A program made the position numbers and the translations under genes. DNA of 64,000 nt from Mustelus asterias (lineage: Eukaryota), in NCBI RefSeq assembly GCF_964213995.1, contig NC_135819.1:62000001-62064000 (forward strand). Reading direction: 5' to 3'. A model generated the notes under the pieces. The model ran no database searches and was not told where the DNA came from. It saw only the letters and a program-made list of their open reading frames with translations. Shown here piece after piece: positions 1 through 51,600 of the stretch (position 1 is its first letter; each line of letters opens with the position of its first letter).

Positions 1-790
1 AAATTGGCAAGTCATGTTGCAGCTGTACAATTTTGGTTAAGCCACATTTGGAATGTTGCGTACAGTTCTGATCGCTACATTACCAGAAGAATGTGGAGAC
101 TTTGGAGAGGATACAGACAAGGTTTACCAGGACGTTGCCTGATCTGGAGGCTATTAGCTATGAAGAGAGACTGGACAAACTTGGTTTGTTTTCACTTGAA
201 CGTTGGCGGCTGAAGGGCGATCTGATAAAAGTTTATAAAATTATGAGAGGCATGGATAGAATCTTTTTCCCGGGACAGAAATGTCAATTACTAGGGGACA
301 ATGTTCAAGGTACAAGGTGATGTGAGAGGCAGTTTTTCTTTTCACACAGAGGGTGATAAGCATCTGGAATGTGCTTCCAGAGGAGGTGGTAGAAGCAGAT
401 ACAATAGCTTAATGTTTAAGAGGCATCTTGACAGATATATGAATAGGCAGGGTATAAGAACATAAGAAATAGGAGCAGGAGTAGGCCATCTGGTCCTTCG
501 AGCCTGCCCCGCCATTCAACAAGATCATGGCTGATCTGAAGCGAATCAGTTCCACTTACCCGCGTGCTCCCCATAACCCCTAATTCCCTTATCGATCAGA
601 AAACTATCTACCCGTGATTTAAACATATTCAACGAGGAAGCCTCCACCACTTCAAATGGGCAGAGAATTCCAGAGATTCACTACCCTCTGAGAGATAGAG
701 GGAAAATGTCTTTAGTTTAGAAAGGCGACATGTGTTGACACAGGCTTGGTGGCCAAAGAGCCTGTTCCTGTGCTGTACTGTTCTTTGTTA
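1..790 (+). mobile_element. CR1 LINE 3' fragment with a nested antisense CR1 3' end (about 456-690)
   Basis: LERIQTRFTR..SYEERLDKLGLFSLE..GDLIKVYKIMRG. Confidence 0.85.
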
Positions 791-1130
791 TCTTTATTAA
801 CACTATAATGACCTCAAATATATAACAGTGGCGGAGGAGAGATTTAACAGCTTTATAAAATTCTGAGGGGGTGAAATAAAAAGGACCAATTCCCCTCATC
901 AGGGAGGCCAATAAGCAGGGGCATAAATTTAAAGTAATTGGTAGAATGATTTAAGGGAAAATCAACAGAAATTTTTCCACCCAGAGAGTGGTGAGGGTCT
1001 GGAACTCCTACCTGGAAAAGTGTGGTAGAAGCAGAAACACTTATCGCATTTTAAAAATACTTGGATATGTACTCAAAGTGCCGTAAACTACATGGCCATG
1101 GACTGAGGGCTGGAAAGTAGGACTAGGCTG

Positions 1131-1432
1131 TGTTTGTTCAGTAGGAACTCTTCAAAATGGAGCGAATGAAACAACAACAAAACTTACTCCAACTTATCAA
1201 ATAAAGAGTTTAATAAAGAAACATTACTCCAAACTTGGGGCCTCGCCCTGGGCCACTCCAAGCTCCCCAAAATTCTACATAGTTCCTTATTTATAGTGAA
1301 TCAGTTGGTCAGCTGACTATTCCATCACTCTGTGATTAGTTCCATGTTTTACTGGGTCAGCTGACCCTTACATCTTGTTCCCATTGGTCACATTACATCC
1401 AATACAAATTTGTCACTGGTTACATTCTAACA
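1131..1432 (-). mobile_element. Solo LTR (302 bp) inserted in a CR1 3' fragment
   Basis: TGTT...AACA termini, 5-bp TSD GGCTG (1126-1130 and 1433-1437); CCAAT, TATAAA and ATTAAA in order on the minus strand. Confidence 0.8.
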
Positions 1433-1745
1433 GGCTGGATGGCTCTTTTTATGTGCCTGACACAGGCGCAATGGGCTAATTGGCCTTATTCTGTGTTATA
1501 AATTTCTACATTTCTTAATCCAAAGTTGGCGGATTGTTTTCTGATAAATTGCCCAAGACAGAATCCCCTAATCTCAATATTCTTTTACACACCAGAGGAC
1601 AGTTCACTATTCAAATCCTGCTTACAAAATAGATTTGTTAACATTCAGGAGAGGAAAAAAGTGCTTCCATGCATTCCTGGCAAACCAGTGGGTACTGAAG
1701 ACTCTTGTGTCAAAGAAACAGTCCAAATTTTCTGGGCTTCCCTAC

Positions 1746-40764
<39,019 letters not shown>

Positions 40765-40769
40765 ATTCT

Positions 40770-41720
40770 CACCGTCGCCGGGAGCAATTGGGAGGTGGGT
40801 GTGGGCAGCTGAGGGGAGCGATGGAAACAAAACCAAAGACACCCGATGGGCAAAAGGAGGTTTTAAAAATTCAATGGGCCCCAATGTTTAAAAGAAAAGA
40901 TTTCGACTGGCGATAATCCAGGAGGGGGGGGGGGGGGAGGAGCAACCGATTAAAGGTCGGCCGATAACAAAATCATGCCTGCGCCACGCCGACCCACTGC
41001 CTTTAAGCCGGACATCGGGTGAGAGCTGAGAGCGCGGCGGTGCTGGGATCTCAAACGCCAGGCAACAGACCAGTTATACCCAGGCGACACTCGAGGATCG
41101 TGTGAGGGGGCTGGGACTCGGTTTGCCGGCGCCACCTTTATAGGCCTCAACCAGACTGTTAATCGCTGCGCTCCGCCTCCGCGGCAGTTCATGAGGCGAG
41201 ACAGCCGGGGGCCGCACGCGACCCTGCGGCAGCTCGCCCTCCACCAATCAGGCGCCGGCTCGCGCGCGGCCTGACCTGTTGCCCGCTGGTGATTGGGTGA
41301 GAGTTTCCTGAGGGCGGGGGATTGTTTGGCTGAGCGCGGACAATGCCCCGAAAGGGGGTGTGACATATTCTGACCAGGCCAATGGGATCTGTCCAAAACC
41401 CAGCGGCGCCGTCCTATCAGCGCAAAGGAAATGGAGAGAGGGCGGGAGCCCAAGACCCGATTGACAGCAGGGGTGACCAATCAGCGATGAGAATGGCGCG
41501 GAGGGCGGGGCTTCTGATTTGATTGACGGCTCCACCTCAAGAGGACAACCCCACACACAAAGGGAGGGGGGAATAATACTCCCGATCTCTGATTGGTGCA
41601 CACCGCGGGTGATTGGCAGCCACTCGGACAAATGGCAAGTGAGAGTGAAAAGGGCGCGAAGAGGGTGTCTGCAAAAGGGGGGGCGGCGCCGTTGGGTTCG
41701 AGGACGGGAGGTAGCTGAGG
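40770..41720. promoter_or_regulatory. CpG-island bidirectional promoter shared by chkb and the CYTH gene
   Basis: CpG-rich; CCAAT/ATTGG boxes near 41244, 41292, 41379, 41477, 41592 and 41612; GGGCGG boxes near 41311, 41440 and 41503; minus-strand TATAAA at 41137-41142. Confidence 0.75.
41640..41719 (+). other. Probable non-coding first exon of the CYTH gene (5' boundary approximate)
   Basis: Consensus donor GAG|GTGAGT at 41720 just downstream of the CCAAT cluster; the coding ATG lies 6 nt after an acceptor, so an upstream exon is needed. Confidence 0.6.
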
Positions 41721-42479
41721 TGAGTTGAGTTTAGTAGTTGGGAACCGTAGAGCTTTCGGGGAGAAAGCCTCTTGGGGCCGCTGTCCGATTCCCCTCACTG
41801 AGGTTGCGCCTTCAGGCAGTGCGGCTGGCAGATTGTTCTAGAAATCCTGACACTAATTTGCAAAAGAATCAGAGCCCCCCCGGCCCGGGGGGGGGGACTG
41901 TCTTGTCATATTACAGCCAGCTATGATCTGGAATGCACTGCCTGAAAGCATGGTGGGTTAAGAGTGAGACGAATTGAAAACTCCCATCAGGAAGAGGCAG
42001 CACAGACACGATGGGCCGAATGGCTGTGGGGTGTATGGTTTTAATGGCTTCTTCAGTGAAAGGAGATTGAATGGGGGGGAAACCAGAGCACCCAGAGTAA
42101 ACCCACGCAGACATGGGGAGAACGTGCAGACTCCACCATCCTGTTTTTTTTTCTGTTACGGGTTAATTGAAATTGAAGTTATGATTGAATCTGTTTCTTT
42201 TCAGGCAGTGCATTTCAGATCATAGCTGGCTGTAGTATGACATACTGGCCATTGCAAATGAGAATCAAGACAGTCATGAGCAGCAGGAGCTCTAAGGGGA
42301 ATTGTCTATTTGGCTGAGGTCAGCACAAATGAGGCACTGAATTTGAAAACTTCCTGGGTGCAATGATTCAGCACCAGGCATGTTTCCTTTTATCTAGGGA
42401 GAATTGGCCACTCAGTTCTTAAAATTTCTTCCTGTCACAGCTTTCATACTTAAGATTGTGTTTCTTGTTTCAGTTGATA

Positions 42480-42635
42480 ATGCCTCGCAATGTGGAGATC
42501 AAAGCTGCAGTCCGTGACAGGGATCAGCTGATATTAAATGCTAAAAGACTCAGCAAATCAGAGGGGGTTTTAATAATGCAAGAAGATACCTTCTTCAATG
42601 TTTTGAAAGGACGTCTTAAACTGCGCAATCTGAAG
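42480..42635 (+). CDS. CYTH gene coding exon 1
   Basis: MPRNVEIKAAVRDRDQLILNAKRLSKSEGVLIMQEDTFFNVLKGRLKLRNLK; acceptor tttcag at 42473, donor GTGAGT at 42636. Confidence 0.9.
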
Positions 42636-45600
42636 GTGAGTAAGATTGCAAAAGAGTATCCCAGCCTCCATTGGTGGGGATGCAGGAGGAGGTCAATTTG
42701 AGCAATCACACATTGGCGAGTCTGATCAGGACTAGTTCTGATTGTTTTTAATATCAGGGATTGTGACCCTGATTGGACCAAAGTGCTGGAAAATCTCAGC
42801 AGGTCTGGTCATGCCTGTGGAGGGAGAAACTGAGTTAATGTTTTGAGCCTATATGACTCTTCAGAGTTAAAGAGAGGGAGAAACGTGATGGACTTGTACA
42901 CTGTTTAAGAGGGATTCAAGCAGGTAGAGCAAAATAGTTAGGAGCTGAGAGATTTGACAAAGATGTCATGGGCACTATTCAAAGAGAATGTTAATGGTAG
43001 TGTTAAAAATGAAATAAAGTACTGATTGTAGCATAAAGGTAAGATGGCAGAAGAAGGGTCAGTGCTCTTTTAAAGCAAAACTTAACAGCAAGTGACAGAT
43101 GGTCCTGTGGACGAGAGGGGAGTGGTTGGGATTTTAAAAATTGGATTTTAAAGGGGGTCAAGGTGGAGGAGAGACTTCATGGTCTGAAGTTGTTTAACCT
43201 GATAAGTCCAGAAAACTGTGAAGTATCTAATCGGAGGAAGAGGTGCTGTTCCTCCAGTTTGCGTTGGGCTACACTGGAACATTGCAACAGACCACAGACG
43301 GTCTTGTGGACCTGAGAACAAGATGGCAAGTGAGTTAAAATGGAAAGTTGGGGTCATGCTTGCGGATTTGGGGAAAGTGTTGTACAAAGCAGTCATCCAG
43401 TCTGCATTTTGATCTCCCAATCTAGAGGACCAGTGACTACAGCAGACCAAATTAAAGAAAGTGCAAGTGAAACGCTGCTTTACCTGAAAGGAATGTTTGA
43501 GCCTTGGGCAGTGAGGAAGGAAGGGAGAAAAGGGGCAATGTTACAGCTTCTGTGATTATGTGGGAAGGAGCTGAGGAGTCGGGGGTGATGGAGGAGTGGA
43601 CCAGGTTGACGTGGAAGTAACAGTCCTGATGGAATGCTGACGGGGTGAGGGGAAGATGTGTTTGATGGTGACATCATGCTGGACTTGGTAGAAATGGTGG
43701 AGGATGATCCTTTGAATATGGTGGCGGATAGAGGACAAAATGAGGACAAGTAGTGGCACAGTGGTTAGCACTGCTGCCTCACAGCGCCAGGGACCCGGGT
43801 TCAATTCCCGGCTTGGGTCACTGTCTGTGTGGAGTCTACACATTCTCCCCATGTCTGCCTGGGTTTCCTCTGAGTGCTCCTGTTTCCTCCCACAGTCCAA
43901 AAGATGGGCTGGTTAGGTGCATTGGCCATGCTAAATTCTCCCTCAGTGTACCCGAACAGGTGTCAGAGTGCAGCGACTAGGGGATTTTCACAGTAACTTC
44001 ATTGCAGTGTTAATGTAATCCTATTTGTGATACTAATAAATAAACTTATCTTAGTTCTGGATACCGGGTTGGTAGACCATACGCAATTGTGTGCCTTATC
44101 AACCACAAGGGGTGGGGGAGGTGAAACCGTGGGACCCTCAGTTAGGAAAAGTAAGAATGTCAGAAGCAGCATTTTGGAAGGTTGCATCATCGGAGCAGAT
44201 GCAACAGGTGGAGAAACTGGGAGAATGGGTTGAGTCCTTCCAGTAAGTGGGGTATGAGAAGATATAGTTGAGGTAGCTGTAGGCGTCAGGGAGCTTGAGA
44301 TGAATATTTGTAGGCAGTTTATCACCAGAAATGGAGACAGTGAGGTCAAGAAAGGGAAATGCTGGTTATGGACTATAAAGGTGAGAGAGGAGTGTAAATT
44401 GGAAGCAAAATCAATGAATTTTTCCAGGTCCATATGAGAGCATGAAATGGCATGGATACAGTCATCAATGAACTGGAAAAGGAATTGTGGGAGGGGGCTT
44501 GAGTAGGACTGGAACAAGGAATATTCCACACACCCCACAAAAAGACGAGCATAACTGGAGCCTATACAGGTACCTGTAGCTACACTTTTTATTTGCAAGA
44601 TGTGAGACAAGTTAAAGGTGAAATTGTTGAGTGAGAAAACAGTTCAGCTAGGTGGAGGAGAGTGGTGGTGGACAGGGGTGGTTCGGACCTCGGCTCAAGT
44701 AAGAAATGGAGGCTCTTCAGACCATCCTATTGGAGAGGGAGATTAGGGGTGTAGAGCGATTGGACATGCATAGTGAAGAGCAAGTGGGATCAGGCTCCTA
44801 AAATTTGTTGATATTTCTGAGGGCATCAGAGGAATTGTGGATGTAGGTGAGAAGAGACTGGTCAAGAAGAGAGAGAATAGAGTCAAGATATGAAGAGATG
44901 AGTTCCATGAGGCAATAACAGGCTGACATGATGTGTCTACCAAGACAGTCTTGCTTGCAGATTTTGGAAAGGAGTTAGAAGTGGGCGATGTGGGGTTGTG
45001 GGACTATGAGGTTGGAGTCTGTGGAGGGAAAATCTCCAGGGGCAATGAGGTCAGTGGCAGTCCTGGAAACAATTGCTTAATGTTCAGTCGTGGGGTCATG
45101 CTGCTCGGTGGTGGAGCCATGGTTCTGGGTAGTTAGGAGGAAGTGTCTGAGTTGGCATTTACGCTCTGCGAGGTAGAGGTCAGTATGCCAGACAACAACA
45201 GCATCACCCTTGTCAGAAGGTTTGATAACAAAGTCAGGGTTGACCCTGAGAGAATGGAATGCAGCAAATTCCGAAGGAGTTGTTGGAGTTTGCATTCTTT
45301 AACATCTGAAAGGAAGAGAAAATGTTTTGTATTAAGTTGCTGGATGAGACAAAGAATGAAATGGAACTGGGGACAAGGACAGCTTTGAGATGGTGCTGCT
45401 CGACATTTGAAAGGCAGTGGCATAATCAGACAAAGTCAGCATGGGATTTACAAAAGGGAAATCATGCTTGACAACTGTATTGGAATTTTTTGAGGATGTA
45501 ACTAGTGGAGTTGACCAAGGAGAGCGAGTGGATATGGTTTATTTAGACTTTCAGAAGGCTTTTGACAAGGTCCCACATAACAGATTACTACGTAAGGTTA

Positions 45601-48600
45601 AAGCACATGGGATAAAGCACAGGCAATGTCTTGACATGGACAGAAAACTGGTTAGTAGATAGGAAGCAAAGAGTTGGCTTAAATGGGTCTTCTTCTGATT
45701 GGCAGTCAGTGACTAGTGGGGGTTCCACAGGGATCTGTGCTAGGACCTCAACTGTTCACATTATGAACTGAATGTATTATCTCCAAATTTGCAGATGATA
45801 CAAAGTTGAGTGGGAGGGTGAGCAGTGAGGAGGATGCAGAGATGCATCAGCGTGATTTGGACAAGCCGAGTGTGTGGGCATCTGCATGGCAGATGCAGTA
45901 TAACGTGGATAAATGTGAGGTAATCCACTTTGGTAGCAATAATAGGAAGACTTACTTGGGTGGGTGTAAATTGAGAGAGGTGGATACTCTACAAGACCTT
46001 GGAATCCTCGTGCATCAGTCGCTGAAAGTATGCACGCAAGGACAGCTGGCAGTAAAGAAGGCAAATGTTATGTTGGCCTTCATAGCGAGAGGATTTGAGT
46101 ATAGGGATAGGGATGTTTTGCTGCAATTGTATAGGACATTGGTGAGGCCACACCTGGAGTATTGTGTGCAGTTTTGGTGTTCTTATCTGAGGAAGGATGT
46201 CCTTGCTCTAGAGGGAGTACAGCGAACGTTTACCAGGCTAATTGCTGGGATGGCAGATCTGTCATATGAGGAGAGATTAAGTTGGTTAGGATTATATTCA
46301 CTGGAGTTTAGAAGAGTGAGACGGGATCTCATAGAAACTAATAAAATTCTAACAGGGTTAGACAGGGTAAATTCAGAAAGAATGTTCCCAATGGTGGGGG
46401 AGTCCAGAACTAGGGGTCATAGTTTGAAGATAAGGGGTAAACCTTTTAGAACTGAGGTGAGGAGAAATTTCTTCACTTTGAGTGTGGTGAATGTGGAAAT
46501 TCGCTACCACCGAAGGTAATCGAGGCCAAAACGTTGTCTGATTTCAAGAAGAAATTAGTTATAGCTCTTGGAGCTAAATAGATCAAGGGATATGGGAGGA
46601 AGGGGGATCAGAATATTGAATTCGATGATCAGCTATGATCAAGATGAATGGCGGAGCAGGCTCGAGGAGCTGAATGGCCTACACCTGCTTCTAGTTTCTA
46701 TGACGGTGTATAGCACTGAGTGTGGATCTCAGGATGTGGCAAGAACAGCTGTCCGAGGAACATTGTCACATTCTTTGGATGTTTTGATCACTATTCATCC
46801 ATTTTTGCACCGTTTTTTTGTTACTATTTATCACTTAATCTGCTGGATTCCCACTTTTCCTAGATTTGTGTTTAATCTTTCTTTGATATTGTCTTTGAGC
46901 TCGTTTGTTAATCATGGTTGTCTAACTACGCAAGTGGCTTTAGGAATATGTGCTGGTTTTGTATGGTTTTATGTGCTTTCGATAATCCTATTGTTCTACT
47001 AAGTTTAATTTATTTCTCATCCTTTTGAAGTTAACTTATTGAAATTTAAAGCCTTCATTTTTTATTCCTCCTCAAACTTCACATCAAATTCAATTATATT
47101 ATGGTTATCTAGTTACAAATACTCCTTTAATGTCAGAATGTTAAATAATTCTGCATGCAACTCATCACTACATCCTATCTGGTCTGTTCCCTGGACAATT
47201 TCAGAAAAAATGGCCCTGAGTGCATTCTAGAAATTAATTACCTTTACAATTTGAGCTATTCTACTTTTCTTCCACTTAAAATTAATTCTAACCACATGGT
47301 TTTGTAACAATGCTATGCGTCCCAATCTCCATATTTATACATCCTCCCAATATTTCACTAATTGTAGGAGGAGTTTTTAAAATTCATCCTCTGGTTGTGG
47401 ACATAGCTAGCAAGGCTGGCATTTGTTACCCATGAGAAAGTGGTAGTAAGCTGCATCTTGAAACGTTACAGTCTGTGTGAATACATATACATCCACAGTA
47501 CTGTTCGGTAGGAGGTTGCTGGGTGAAACCTCTTAAATGATGAAAGAGTGGCAATATATATCTACAGTAAGAAGTCTCACAACATCATGTTAAAGTCCAA
47601 CAGGTTTATTTGGTAGCAAAAGCCACTAGCTTTCGGAGCGCTGTTCCTTTGTCAGGTAAGTGGGAGTTCTGTTCACAGAAACGTCCTGTTCATAGAGTTC
47701 TGTGAACAGAACTCCCACTTACCTGACGAAGGAACAGCGCTCCGAAAGCTAGTGGCTTTTGCTACCAAATAAACCTGTTGGACTTTAACCTGGTGTTGTG
47801 AGACTTCTTACTGTGTTTACCCCAGTCCAATGCCGGCATCTCCACACCAATATATATCTAAGCAGAGTAGTATGATTTGGAGGTGGTGGCGTTCGCATGC
47901 ACCTGCTGTCCTTTTCCTAAGTGATGAAGGTTGCTGGTTTGGAAGGTGTTGTCAAAGTAAGCTGAGTAGGTTGCTGCAATGGGTTCTGTAAATCGTAGAT
48001 GTGTTGTCTTGGTTTCAAGGACGGTCACTTTCGCCTCACCTGAGATTCAGTTCCATGTTTGGACCGACCTAGCAGCAATAACTGCACATTAAAATAACTA
48101 ATTGGATATGTAATTGTACAAGTGTGTTGTGTATTAAAGGCCTATCTTTTTATTTCTCTTGTCTCTTTTGTTTTCCATCTCTTGTTTTCTATGTTCTTGT
48201 GTCTTATTCATAACTTTTCTTTTCCAGAATGGAAGTGGCCAGCTCATATTCTATCAGCGTGCTGACATGGATGGACCCAAGCTTTCAGACTATTCAATAT
48301 CCCCCACAGCGGATCCAGATGGGCTCATGGTGGGTATTTGAGTCCTTTTGAATGCCTGATGTCTTTTTACTGTATCGTTGCTGTGGATTCTGTCTTGAGA
48401 ATTATACAAAGCCAACACTAAAATCATTCAATATTAGTACGGCTTTTATTTATTTGGATAATCTTTGTGCTTTTGATGGGTGAATTGTAAAAACACCAGT
48501 ACAGAGTGAAGTGGTGCATGTCCACAGCTCTACAACCGGAACCATCTAATTGATCCCGTTTCCTAATCCTTTCCTTTTATATTCCATTTTTGACTTATTC

Positions 48601-51600
48601 GATTCCTGTTTAAGTGATATAGTGCCTGCTTTATTATCCCCTTTTTCCCAGTAATTTCATTGCAGTGACACTAATAAATAAACTTTAAACTTATGGCATC
48701 CCATATATGGCAAAATCCCTATTTTCTTTCTTCCCCTTTGATCATTGTTAATCCTGAGTCTATGCTTTACTATCACAGTGCAAGCAGCCTTCTTATTTTT
48801 GAAAAACGATACTAGTTTTTGCATTTAATTTTTTTAATTTACAAATATTCAGTTTTTGAGCCTTTTTAATAATTTCTCATCTTGATATTTTAGTGAATCT
48901 TTGCTGCACATTCTTGTTGTTCTATTATGCTTCCTAAAATGGGGTGTCCAAAATACCTTCAATAATCTGACTTGGCCTAATGTCTCGTATAAATTCAATC
49001 TTATGCACGCTTTTATATTCCCTATTCCTACAGATGCAACACCAAATCCCATTTGCTTTTTTCTATCTATGCTTCTACTGTATCTTCTCCCTCAGTCTCT
49101 CTAATCCAATATCTTGTTAAGCAAATTACCCTTGAGTTATTTATTTCTAAAATTATTGCATTCTATTGCATCAACCATCTATCAGTCTAGTTTGCCACTT
49201 TTTTGAGATATCCTGCAATTTTCCTCAAATCAGTGAATGAAAGGGAAAACAAATTAGGTCAGGTATAAAATGAACATGATACAGCTAAAAGTTACCCTTG
49301 CTTAACTGCATAAACAGCTTATGGATAGAAAATCACAGGTGTGCACCTGTGATGTTTGTCAGTGTATTCTGTGGTGAGGCTACATGCCAGATGTGTTTGG
49401 CAAATTATTCTCCTCGTGATGAATCAATTGTATAAGTAGTTGTGTTTAGGAATCCCACGCAGGATTAAAGAATAAATTGATTGATTTCTGCAAGTATTTA
49501 ACCTGATTTAGTATAGTGCAATAAATGAAATATAGTGGTATCAATATATACCTGCTTCATGAGTGTGCTGGATAGGAGTATAAGCTTTCCATTTATAACT
49601 CTTTTGCTCTTTAACCCTTTGAAGGTTCCCGTTTTATGTCCAGCTGTGTAATTGAAGCTTTACTTTTCTTTAGCACCATACTTTCCCTAGGTTTCCCTGC
49701 ATTATCGAATAGGAGCTACTTGCTGACGATACAACTTAAGATCCTGCTCTTCTAGTGGAAAGTTTTGAAACATGCACTTGGTTAGGAAGCACTATCTCAA
49801 TGGACTAATTTAACAAACTATACACTGGTCACTGTGCAGTTTCTTCTACAATGGGGAGACCAAATGCAAACCTGGTTAGCCATATAAATACTGTAGATAT
49901 AAGAGCAGGTCAGAGGTTGGGAGTACTTGAGCGAGTAACTTGCTTCCTGAATCCCTGAAGCCTGTCCGCCATCTACAAAACACATGATGGAATACTCTCC
50001 ACTTGACATCTTCCAGCACAGAGCCTGCTTGATTGGCAGCCTATCTACCACCTTAAACCTTCACTCTCTCCAACACTGACTGCAATGTGTATCATATACA
50101 AGATGCACTGAAGCAACTTGTCCCATTGACATCCCATTCTGCCTCGTACCATCATATATTTTGCCATTTAATCTCTCCTACTTTCCATCTTATTACGGAT
50201 GTTTTTGTTCTTTGCTGCCTCCATACGTAATTGAAAGCTTTCATATGTCTTTTTCCTGTTCTATTAAAAGGAAATTGACCTGAAATGTTAACATTTTTCA
50301 TGCTCCATAGAAAGTAGCCTGACCTGTTGAATGTTTCCAGTGTTTTGTTTTTATTTCACATTTCCAACATGTGCAATATTTTGCTTTTCCATTTTAATTG
50401 TAATTTTCTCTCTGTTTAGAAAGTTTTGTCTGATGCTCTAGGAGTGAAAGGCGTGGTGAAGAAAGAGCGTTGGTTGTATATGGTTGGGCAAACACGAGTT
50501 CATGTAGATCAAGTGCAAGGATTAGGTAGCTTCATGGAATTGGAGGTGAGACATTTGCAATACATTAAATTTAAACCAGTGATATTTATTTCCTTGCTCC
50601 AGTGAAGCCATCAACTTCCATCCAGGTCCACATGGAGTAAAACTGTATAGTTTTACTCCATGTGGACCTAGATGGAATCAACATAACGTTTAGCCACTGA
50701 GAGTTTCAGAGCTGAGCCCAACTAGTCTTCACCCGCACTCTATAAGAGCATTTTCCAGCAGATTAGTAATCAGGAACTAGAACTCTGCCTCATTATTCTT
50801 TCTCCTTATCATGCTTCTTGAAACCTGGTTGAGATCCCCCCCCCCCCCCCCCCCCGACATTTGTCTGAACTCCAGCGAAAACAATCCTAACCTAGTCAAT
50901 CTCTCCTCATACATCAGACCCGCACAAGCGCAATACCTCCCTCTACAGGCTGGCTGGTGAATTAAGCCCACAGCCTCTGGCTAGAAACTGACTAGCCCAT
51001 CTTTTCAGAGACTAAGTGCACAAGATTGGGTGTGAAAACTTGCCCAAAAAACATATCAGGAACTCTCCCATTTTCACACTAACTGGACACTCAAGATCAA
51101 TCTTGTAAAATTAGAAATAGAGTGCATTCAGCGGTATGAATGGAATCAAACTGGTGATCAGATTTGGAATCTTCCCATCTGTGAGAATTAATTCAACACC
51201 AAACAGAGCCACATTAAACACAGACAAAACTATTGAGTGTTTATTTCGGCTATTTCAGCCACTGATCCATTGGGGTTGTGTTCAATGGTATGACTGGGGT
51301 GGGCTCTGATCCAATGGGATTGTCTTCAGTGATGCAAATAGGAAGAGGTTTAACCATTGGGATCATATGGGAAGAGCTTTGATTTGTTTAAATTTGCATT
51401 TGTGTGATGATAGTATGATGCTGATTGTAAAAGGGTAAATGTGTTGATCTTGTATTTGACTGTTGATCTGATTTCTCCAAGGTCGTTCTTGGTGAAGACC
51501 AAAGCCTGGAAGAAGGAGAAGCTATAGCCCAGAGTCTGATGGAGGAGCTGGGGGTAAAGAAAGAAGACCTCATGACTGGGGCTTACATGGACTTGATTTT

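Noticed and set aside
40950-41798. Several 70-176 aa ORFs in the CpG island
   Set aside because: Expected from high GC content; no recognisable domains (only the terminal 21-codon uORF was kept)
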